Shown here one piece after another: positions 20,699 through 27,747 of a stretch of 32,000 bases of DNA. This DNA comes from Pseudomonas aeruginosa. Its GTDB lineage: Bacteria; Pseudomonadota; Gammaproteobacteria; Pseudomonadales; Pseudomonadaceae. The notes under the pieces were generated by a model. The model searched no databases. It was not told the DNA's origin and worked only from the letters and a program-made list of their open reading frames with translations. Every line of letters begins with the position of its first letter. Position 1 is the stretch's first letter. Location: contig NZ_LN831024.1 of assembly GCF_001457615.1 (NCBI RefSeq), positions 1,050,001 through 1,082,000 of the forward strand. The letters are read 5' to 3'. Made by a program: the position numbers and the translations under genes.

Positions 20699-21619
20699 AT
20701 GAGCGAAGCCCGGCTCCACTCGCCCGACCCCAGGACACCGCGACCCATGGCCGGTTGGGCGGCAAGCCTGCGCGACAGTGGACTGCTGGCGCTGGCAGTG
20801 CCGCGCGTGTTCGCCGGCATGGAGCGGGACTGGGGGGAAATCTTCGCTGGCGTCCGCCACCTGGCCGAGCAGGAACTCGAGCTGGCACGGCGCCTGGCCC
20901 TGCATCATCTGCAGATCGCTTCCATTCGCCTGCTGGGTAGTCCTGAACAGCAGCGCCGCCTGTTGCCGGCCAGCGTCGAGCGCCGCTGGCTGTGGAGCGA
21001 GGCGGTCGATCTGCGGCGCGCCCAGCCCGAAGCGCAGGAGCACTGGCGGGGCGGTTTCCTGGTGGGTGGACGGGGTAGCGATTGCTTCGCCGTGGAAGAC
21101 GTGGATCGCTTGCTGATCTCAGCCTGGCACGCGCCCTCCCGCGCTCACCTGATCGCTGTCGCCGAAACGGGGCGGGCAGGCATCGACATCTCCGGCCTCG
21201 CCGATGGCTCGGGGCTGTTCTTGCCCGCCGGGCAGCGGCTGCATTACCAGCGGCTGCGGCTGCATCCCGAGGACATCCTGGTGCCGCCCGGCCTGCCGCC
21301 GACCCCGTGCGGGCAACTGCGCGAAGGCTTGACCCGATTGGCCCAGGCCAACCTCGACCTGGGCCAGGCTGCGCGGGTGCCGGGCGACGTGGCGGGGCAG
21401 GGAGAGGCGCCGCGTCTCCTCGCCCTCGCGCTGCGTCTTGTCGAACTGGCGGCGGAGTCCTTCCAGGCGGCATTCGCCCGCGGCGGCGCGCTGACATTCC
21501 GCGAAAGCGCGGCGGCGTCGCTGCTGGCGAGCGAGGCGGAGGCGGTGGCCCGCGCCGGGCTGCTCGCCTGCCTGCGCCGACAGGCCCTGGAAGCCCGTTT
21601 GCTGGGCGCGGCCCTGTAG
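20699..21619 (+). CDS. Hypothetical protein, divergent/shortened acyl-CoA-dehydrogenase-fold (SfnB/DszC-like) candidate
   Basis: Track ORF 20699..21619(+), with GAGG upstream. The N-terminal LRDSGLLALAVPRVFAGMERDW resembles the ACAD N-domain motif, but the GG pair is lost. The length (306 aa) is short for the family. Rare codons are visibly more frequent than in neighbouring genes. Family call is by eye only. Confidence 0.5.
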   Translation: MSEARLHSPDPRTPRPMAGWAASLRDSGLLALAVPRVFAGMERDWGEIFAGVRHLAEQELELARRLALHHLQIASIRLLGSPEQQRRLLPASVERRWLWSEAVDLRRAQPEAQEHWRGGFLVGGRGSDCFAVEDVDRLLISAWHAPSRAHLIAVAETGRAGIDISGLADGSGLFLPAGQRLHYQRLRLHPEDILVPPGLPPTPCGQLREGLTRLAQANLDLGQAARVPGDVAGQGEAPRLLALALRLVELAAESFQAAFARGGALTFRESAAASLLASEAEAVARAGLLACLRRQALEARLLGAAL

Positions 21620-21680
21620 GGACGGGGGCATGGAGCAAGGGCGGAATGGCATCCGGGGGCGCATTCGCGCTCATAAACTA

Positions 21681-21722
21681 ATTCCAAAATATTATTTATA
21701 TCGAGTTTTTTATATCTGTAAT
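21681..21722 (+). promoter_or_regulatory. AT-rich tauA upstream module (candidate sulfate-starvation/CysB-type regulatory region plus -10-like TGTAAT)
   Basis: ATTCCA (21681-86), AAAATATTATTT (21686-97), TTTTTATAT (21707-15), TGTAAT (21717-22). The module lies about 100-140 nt upstream of the tauA ATG. The same blocks recur at 31931-31964. Confidence 0.45.
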
Positions 21723-21823
21723 CTGCATCGCACCGGACCACCGGACTTGCTGTCGCCACCCATTGCCCGTCCCTGGTCCGTTCTCCTCCGGAGCGCGGCA
21801 CCGTTGCCTCCGAGGTTCGCCCG

Positions 21824-22837
21824 ATGAAACGCCCGAATTCCCTGCACCGCCTGGTGGCAGCCCTGGCCTTTGCCAGCCTTTCCGTCGCCGCCCAGGCCGC
21901 CGACATCACGGTCGGCTACCAGACCGGCATCGACCCGACCAAGGTGCCCCAGGCCGATGGCCTGTACGAGAAAGCCATCGGCGAGAAGATCGACTGGCGC
22001 CGCTTCAACAGCGGTCCGGAAGTGATCGCCGCGCTCGCCTCCGGAGACCTGCAACTCGGCAACATCGGGTCCAGCCCGCTGGCAGCGGCGACCTCGCGGA
22101 AGCTGCCGATCGTCGCCTTCATCGTTTCCGCGCAGATCAACGCCGCCGAGGCGCTGGTGGTGCGCAATGGAAGCGGGATCGGGAAACCCGAGGACCTGGT
22201 CGGCAAGACTATCGCTACCCCGTTCGTTTCAACCTCCCACTACAGCCTGCTCGGCGCCCTCAAGCACTGGCAGATCGATCCGTCCAAGGTGAAGATCGTC
22301 AACCTCAACCCGGCCGAGATCGCTGCCGCCTGGCGTCGCGGCGACATCGACGGGGCCTTCGTCTGGTCGCCGGCGCTGGGCGAGATCAAGAAAAGCGGCA
22401 AGGTCCTCACCGACGCCGCCGAAGTCGGCCAGTGGGGTGCGCCGACCTTCGAGGTGTGGGTGGCGCGCAAGGACTTCGCCGAGAAGCATCCCGAAATCGT
22501 CGCCCGCTTCGCCCGCGTCAGCCTCGATTCCTTCGCCGACTACAACGCGCACAAGGCCGAATGGACCGCCGACTCCGAGCCGGTGAAGAAGATCGCCCGG
22601 CTGACCGGCGCCGATCCCAGGGACGTCCCCGAACTGCTGGCCGGCTCGACCTTCCCGGAAAGCCAGGCGCAACTGTCCGCCGACCTGCTCGGCGGCGGCA
22701 CCGCCAAGGCTATCGCCGGCACTGCCGAATTCCTCAAGGAACAGAAGCGCGTGCCGGCCGTCCTCGGCGACTACTCGCCCTACGTCAGCGCCGACTTCGT
22801 GCGCCAGGCGGAGCAGGTCCAGGTCGGCCAGCGCTGA
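21824..22837 (+). CDS. tauA: Taurine ABC transporter periplasmic binding protein TauA
   Basis: Track ORF 21824..22837(+). Signal peptide: MKRPNSLHRLVAALAFASLSVAAQA/AD. First gene of a tauABCD-ordered cluster. The mature protein has no Cys and no Met. Confidence 0.9.
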   Translation: MKRPNSLHRLVAALAFASLSVAAQAADITVGYQTGIDPTKVPQADGLYEKAIGEKIDWRRFNSGPEVIAALASGDLQLGNIGSSPLAAATSRKLPIVAFIVSAQINAAEALVVRNGSGIGKPEDLVGKTIATPFVSTSHYSLLGALKHWQIDPSKVKIVNLNPAEIAAAWRRGDIDGAFVWSPALGEIKKSGKVLTDAAEVGQWGAPTFEVWVARKDFAEKHPEIVARFARVSLDSFADYNAHKAEWTADSEPVKKIARLTGADPRDVPELLAGSTFPESQAQLSADLLGGGTAKAIAGTAEFLKEQKRVPAVLGDYSPYVSADFVRQAEQVQVGQR

Positions 22838-22846
22838 ATTCCGCGA

Positions 22847-22880
22847 CTCCGCTCCGGCCTGTCGGAGCGGAGGCTTTCTT
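22847..22880 (+). terminator. Intercistronic stem-loop / partial terminator between tauA and tauB
   Basis: CTCCGCTCCG (22847-22856) pairs with CGGAGCGGAG (22863-22872) around a 6-nt loop, followed by GCTTTCTT. Confidence 0.45.
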
Positions 22881-22901
22881 ACCCTACGGAGGGCAGAACA
22901 C

Positions 22902-23693
22902 ATGAGCCGTCTGACGGCCGAGGCGATCAGCCTCTCATTCGAACAGCGCGGCCAGCGCCGCGCCATCCTCCGCGATCTCAGCCTGGGCCTGGCCAAGGGC
23001 GAGTCGCTGGTGGTGCTGGGTCCTTCGGGCTGCGGCAAGTCGACACTGCTGAACATCCTTGCCGGTTTCCAGAAGCCGGACCAGGGACGCGTGCAGATCG
23101 ACGGCCGGACACTCGAAGGGCCCGGCGGCGAGCGCGGCGTGGTATTCCAGGACGACGCCCTGATGCCCTGGCTCAACGCCCTCGACAACGTCGCCCTGGG
23201 CCTGCGCATCCGTGGCCTGGGCAAGGCCGAGCGCACCGCGCGGGCGCGCCAGGTCCTGCAACTGGTGGGCCTCCAGGAGTACGCCGAGCAGTCCGTCGCC
23301 GAGCTCTCCGGCGGCCAGCGGCAACGCCTCGGGCTGGCACGCGCGCTGGCGGTCGAGCCGGACTTCCTGCTGCTCGACGAGCCGTTCGGCGCGCTCGACG
23401 CGCTGACCCGCGAACGCATGCAGGTGCTCCTGCTGGACCTGTGGAAGCAGACCGGCAAGGGCCTCTTCCTGATCACCCACAGCGTCGACGAGGCCCTGTT
23501 CCTGGCTACCGACCTGGTGGTGATGGACGGCCCGCCGGCGCGCATCGTCAAGCGCCTGCCGGTGGACTTCGCGCGGCGCTACGCCGCCGGCGAAACGGTG
23601 CGCTCGATCAAGGCCGATCCCGAGTTCGGCCGTTTGCGCCAGGCGTTGCTGGACGAATTCCTCGATGTCGCGGAGGCCGAACATGCCCACTGA
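22902..23693 (+). CDS. tauB: Taurine ABC transporter ATP-binding protein TauB
   Basis: Track ORF 22902..23693(+), with GGAGGG upstream. Motifs: Walker A GPSGCGKST, signature LSGGQRQR, Walker B LLLDEP. Confidence 0.9.
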   Translation: MSRLTAEAISLSFEQRGQRRAILRDLSLGLAKGESLVVLGPSGCGKSTLLNILAGFQKPDQGRVQIDGRTLEGPGGERGVVFQDDALMPWLNALDNVALGLRIRGLGKAERTARARQVLQLVGLQEYAEQSVAELSGGQRQRLGLARALAVEPDFLLLDEPFGALDALTRERMQVLLLDLWKQTGKGLFLITHSVDEALFLATDLVVMDGPPARIVKRLPVDFARRYAAGETVRSIKADPEFGRLRQALLDEFLDVAEAEHAH

Positions 23694-24501
23694 TACCCTC
23701 GGACTCGCCGCCGCCAAGCCTGTCCCGCGCAAGCGGCGCCTGCCCGGCGACCGTCGGCGCTGGGCCGCCGGTGCCAGCGTGCTGGCCCTGGCCCTGCTGT
23801 GGTGGGCGGCGACCCGTTTCGGCTGGGTCGACGTGCTGTTCCTGCCGGCGCCCGAACAGCTCTTCGAAGCCCTGCAACGGCTATGGCAGGAGGGCTACCT
23901 CGATGCCAGCCTGCTGCAACACGTCGGCACCAGTCTGCTGCGGGTGCTCCTGGCGCTCGGCGCGGCGGTGCTGACGGCGATCCCGCTGGGCGTGCTGATG
24001 GGCCTCAACCCCTTGGCCGGAGCGGCCCTCGATCCGCTGGTGGAGTTCTACCGGCCGATCCCGCCGTTGGCCTACCTGCCGTTGATCGTCATCTGGTTCG
24101 GCATCGGCGAGCTGAGCAAGGTGCTGCTGATCTACCTGGCGCTGTTCGCGCCGCTGCTGATCGCTACCGCCGCCGGCGTGCGTCGCGTCGACCGATCGCG
24201 GGTGCAGGCGGTGCGCTGCCTGGGGGCCAGCCGCTGGCAGGTGGTGCGCTACGTGATCCTGCCGAGCGCCTTGCCGGAGGTCCTCACCGGCCTGCGCATC
24301 GCCCTCGGCGTCGGCTGGTCGACCCTGGTCGCCGCCGAGCTGATCGCGGCCAACCGCGGCCTCGGCTTCATGGTCCAGTCCGCCGCGCAATTCCTCGCCA
24401 CCGACGTGGTGGTGGTCGGCATCCTGCTGATCGCCGCCATCGCCCTGGCCTTCGAACTGGGGCTGCGCTGGGTCCAGCGGCGCTTCGCCGCCTGGGGTTG
24501 A
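23683..24501 (+). CDS. tauC: Taurine ABC transporter permease TauC
   Basis: Track ORF 23665..24501(+). ATG 23683 is preferred (GGAGG at 23672-23676, 6-nt spacing) and overlaps the tauB 3' end by 11 nt. The protein is a multi-TM BPD_transp_1-type permease. Confidence 0.88.
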   Translation: MPTDTLGLAAAKPVPRKRRLPGDRRRWAAGASVLALALLWWAATRFGWVDVLFLPAPEQLFEALQRLWQEGYLDASLLQHVGTSLLRVLLALGAAVLTAIPLGVLMGLNPLAGAALDPLVEFYRPIPPLAYLPLIVIWFGIGELSKVLLIYLALFAPLLIATAAGVRRVDRSRVQAVRCLGASRWQVVRYVILPSALPEVLTGLRIALGVGWSTLVAAELIAANRGLGFMVQSAAQFLATDVVVVGILLIAAIALAFELGLRWVQRRFAAWG

Positions 24502-24607
24502 GCGCGAGAGTCCCGAGTCATTTCCGAACCGACCTTCACCCACGCGGCGAAGGCCGGAGCGAGGGCGCGCAGGGCGCGCCCGCAACCTGCCCGACGAGTA
24601 GCACGAC

Positions 24608-25441
24608 ATGAGCCTGACCATCCAACCCATCAGCCCGGCCCTGGGCGCCATCGTTTCCGGCATCGACCTCGGCGCGCCGCTGGACGACGCCGGCCAGCGG
24701 GCCATCGAGCAGGCCCTGCTCGAACACCAGGTGCTGTTCTTCCGCGACCAGTCGCTGGAACCCAGGAGCCAGGCGCGCTTCGCCGCCCGCTTCGGCGACC
24801 TGCACATCCATCCGATCTACCCCAGCGTGCCGGAGCAGCCGGAGGTCATCGTCCTCGACACCGCGGTCACCGACGTGCGCGACAATGCCATCTGGCACAC
24901 CGACGTGACCTTCCTCGAGACCCCGGCGCTGGGGGCGGTGCTCGCCGCCAAGCAATTGCCGCCGTACGGCGGCGACACCCTCTGGGCGAGCAGCACGGCG
25001 GCCTACGAGGCGCTGTCGGCGCCGCTGCGGCGTCTGCTGGACGGTCTCACGGCGACCCACGACATCGGCAAGTCCTTCCCCCGCGAGCGCTTCGGCGTCA
25101 CCGAGGCCGACCTGGCGCGCCTGGAGGAGGCCCGCCTGAAGAATCCGCCGCGCTCGCATCCGGTGGTGCGCACCCATCCGGTCACCGGGCGCAAGGGCCT
25201 GTTCGTCAGCGATGGCTTTACCACCCGCATCAACGAACTGGAGCCGGCCGAGAGCGATGCGCTGCTGAAGTTCCTCTTCGCCCATGCCACGCGACCTGAA
25301 TTCACCGTGCGCTGGCGCTGGCAGGAAAACGACGTGGCGTTCTGGGACAACCGCGTGACGCAGCACTACGCGGTGGACGATTACCGGCCCCAGCGGCGGG
25401 TCATGCATCGCGCCACCATCCTCGGCGACAAGCCCTTCTGA
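24608..25441 (+). CDS. tauD: Taurine:2-oxoglutarate dioxygenase TauD
   Basis: Track ORF 24608..25441(+). It carries the Fe(II)/2OG facial triad context WHTDVTF and shows TauD/TfdA-family layout throughout. It has 0 Cys and one internal Met. Confidence 0.9.
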   Translation: MSLTIQPISPALGAIVSGIDLGAPLDDAGQRAIEQALLEHQVLFFRDQSLEPRSQARFAARFGDLHIHPIYPSVPEQPEVIVLDTAVTDVRDNAIWHTDVTFLETPALGAVLAAKQLPPYGGDTLWASSTAAYEALSAPLRRLLDGLTATHDIGKSFPRERFGVTEADLARLEEARLKNPPRSHPVVRTHPVTGRKGLFVSDGFTTRINELEPAESDALLKFLFAHATRPEFTVRWRWQENDVAFWDNRVTQHYAVDDYRPQRRVMHRATILGDKPF

Positions 25442-25603
25442 CGCCGCCGCGCGCGGGCTTCCTCCGGCGGCCCGCGCCGGCAACTGTCCGTTCCGCCAGC
25501 TTTTGCTCTCGAAAAGGTCGCCTCTGCGACATTCGCTGTCGTGTCCCGGCGTGCCGCTCTCGCCTAAGCTTGGCGGGTCCAATTGTTTCGAGAGTTTTCA
25601 TCC

Positions 25604-27640
25604 ATGCAAGAACGCATCCCGGATGAGCTGACCCTGCCAGAGCTCACCCTGCGTGGCCTGATCCTCGGTGCGCTGATCACCGTGGTCTTCACCGCCTCCA
25701 ACGTCTACCTCGGTCTGAAGGTCGGCCTGACCTTCGCCTCGTCGATCCCGGCGGCGGTGATCTCGATGGCCGTCCTGCGCTACTTCTCCGGCGCCAACAT
25801 CCTCGAGAACAACATGGTGCAGACCCAGGCCTCGGCGGCCGGCACTCTGTCCTCGATCATCTTCATCCTTCCCGGCCTGCTGATGATCGGCTACTGGAGT
25901 GGCTTCCCGTTCTGGCAGACCGCGGCGATCTGCTCCATCGGCGGCATTCTCGGGGTGCTCTATACCATTCCGCTGCGCCGGGTGATGGTGGTGCAAAGCG
26001 AACTGCCGTATCCGGAAGGGGTGGCGGCGGCGGAAATCCTCCGGGTCGGCAGCGACGGCGCCGAGGACGAGGAAGACGCCCGCGCGCCGCGTGCCGCCGG
26101 TAACGCGCCGGGGCTCTACGATATCCTCGGCGGCGGCCTGGTGGCGGCGCTGTTCAGCCTCTGGAGCAGCGGCTTCAAGGTTCTCGCCGAAGGCTTCAGC
26201 GTCTGGCTCAGTGCCGGGCAGGCGGCGTTCCGCCTTTCCACCGGTTTTTCCCTGGCGTTGGTCGGTGCCGGCTACCTGATGGGCATCACCGCCGGCATCG
26301 CGATCCTCATCGGCGTGGTGATCTCCTGGGGCGTCGCGGTGCCGTTGCTGACCGTCAACAGCGTGCCGGCCGACGGCCAGAGCCTGTCGGACCTGGCCAC
26401 CCAACTGTGGAGTTCGCAGGTGCGCTTCCTCGGCGCCGGCACCATCGGCGTGGCCGCGCTGTGGACCCTGGCGACCCTGTTCAAGCCGATGGTGCGGGGC
26501 GTCTGGGCCTCCCTCGGGGCAGTGCGCGGCAATAGCCAGGCGAACAGCCTGCGCACCGAGCTGGACATGCCGGCCAAGTGGATCCTGCTGATCGCCGGGA
26601 TACTGCTGGTCTCGCTGTTCGTGGTCTTCAGCCACTTCCTCGGTGCCGCCGCGCCGGACATGGCCAGCCCGCAGTTCTGGAGCCTGGTGGCGGTATGCGT
26701 GGTGTTCGCCTTCTTCTTCGGCTTCCTGATCGCCGCCGCCTGCGGCTACATGGCCGGCCTGGTCGGTTCGTCGAGCAGTCCGATCTCGGGGATCGGGATC
26801 ATCGCGGTCATCCTGGTGTCGTTGCTGATACTCGGCTTCGGCAGCATCGAGGGCGGCCTGCTGGACCGCCAGAACGGCAAGCTGGCGATCGCCCTGGCGC
26901 TGTTTACCACCTCGGTGGTGCTGGCCATCGCGGCGATCTCCAACGACAACCTGCAGGACCTCAAGACCGGCTACCTGGTCGGCGCCACGCCCTGGCGCCA
27001 GCAGGTCGCGCTGATCGTCGGCTGCATCGTCGGCGCGCTGGTGATCCCCCCGGTGCTGGAACTGCTCTACAGCGCCTACGGCTTCACCGGGGCCCTGCCG
27101 CGCGAGGGAATGGACCCCGGCCAGGCCCTGGCCGCGCCGCAGGCGACCCTGATGACGGCGATCGCCAGCGGGATTTTCCACGACGCGCTGAACTGGAACA
27201 TGATCCTCATCGGCGTCGCCCTGGGCATCGCCCTGATCCTCGTCGACCTGCTCCTGCGCCGTACCGGCAAGGCCTGCCTGCCGGTGCTGGCGGTGGGCCT
27301 GGGGATCTACCTGCCGCCGACCATCGGCATGACCCTGGTGGTCGGTGCGCTGATTTCCTGGCTGCTGGAAAATGCCCTGAAGAAGCGTGCGGCGGCGGCC
27401 GGGGTCGACGAAGAGGCTTATGCCGAAGAGCCGAAGCGACGCGGCGTGCTGCTGGCTTCGGGGCTGATCGTCGGCGAGAGCCTGATGGGCATCCTGCTCG
27501 CCGGGGTGATCGGCGCCACCGGCGAGGACGCGCCGCTGGCGCTGGCCGGCGCCGGCTTCGCGGGCATCGCCCAGTGGCTGGGACTGGTGGTATTCGTCGC
27601 GATCTGCGTGCTGTTCTACCGGCGAGTGCTGGCGCGCTGA
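25604..27640 (+). CDS. OPT-family oligopeptide transporter
   Basis: Track ORF 25583..27640(+), whose first codon is TTG. In-frame ATG 25604 is preferred (MQERIPDELTLPELTLRGLILGALITVVFTASNVYLGLKVGLTFASSIPAAVISMAVLR, a typical bacterial OPT N-terminus). The protein has many TM segments. Confidence 0.85.
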   Translation: MQERIPDELTLPELTLRGLILGALITVVFTASNVYLGLKVGLTFASSIPAAVISMAVLRYFSGANILENNMVQTQASAAGTLSSIIFILPGLLMIGYWSGFPFWQTAAICSIGGILGVLYTIPLRRVMVVQSELPYPEGVAAAEILRVGSDGAEDEEDARAPRAAGNAPGLYDILGGGLVAALFSLWSSGFKVLAEGFSVWLSAGQAAFRLSTGFSLALVGAGYLMGITAGIAILIGVVISWGVAVPLLTVNSVPADGQSLSDLATQLWSSQVRFLGAGTIGVAALWTLATLFKPMVRGVWASLGAVRGNSQANSLRTELDMPAKWILLIAGILLVSLFVVFSHFLGAAAPDMASPQFWSLVAVCVVFAFFFGFLIAAACGYMAGLVGSSSSPISGIGIIAVILVSLLILGFGSIEGGLLDRQNGKLAIALALFTTSVVLAIAAISNDNLQDLKTGYLVGATPWRQQVALIVGCIVGALVIPPVLELLYSAYGFTGALPREGMDPGQALAAPQATLMTAIASGIFHDALNWNMILIGVALGIALILVDLLLRRTGKACLPVLAVGLGIYLPPTIGMTLVVGALISWLLENALKKRAAAAGVDEEAYAEEPKRRGVLLASGLIVGESLMGILLAGVIGATGEDAPLALAGAGFAGIAQWLGLVVFVAICVLFYRRVLAR

Positions 27641-27714
27641 GGGATTCGCAGCTGCACGGGGATGGGATGTTGCCGCTAGCGTCATTCCCCGCGGTCAGGG
27701 ACGGAGGATGAGGG

Positions 27715-27740
27715 AAGGGGCGCCCTGCGCGCCCCCTTTT
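27715..27740. terminator. GC-rich hairpin with T-tract between convergent OPT (+) and betT (-) genes
   Basis: GGGGCGC (27717-27723) pairs with GCGCCCC (27729-27735) around a 5-nt loop, then CTTTT. It ends 8 nt from the betT stop (27748-27750). Confidence 0.65.
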
Positions 27741-27747
27741 CCTGCGC

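Noticed and set aside
21645-21812. Sigma54-like strings near tauA: TGGCATCCGGGGGCGCA (about 21645) and GGCACCGTTGCCTCC (about 21797).
   Set aside because: In the first, the GG-to-GC spacing is off by one and it lies about 170 nt upstream, beyond the AT-rich module. The second is too close to the ATG (the predicted transcription start would fall at or inside the start codon) and overlaps the RBS.
25598-27685. 695-aa ORF on the minus strand spanning the whole OPT transporter gene.
   Set aside because: It is antisense to a gene with a clear family signature. Its translation is Arg/Gly/Ala/Pro/His/Gln-rich low-complexity sequence with no motifs. This is the typical open antisense frame of high-GC DNA.
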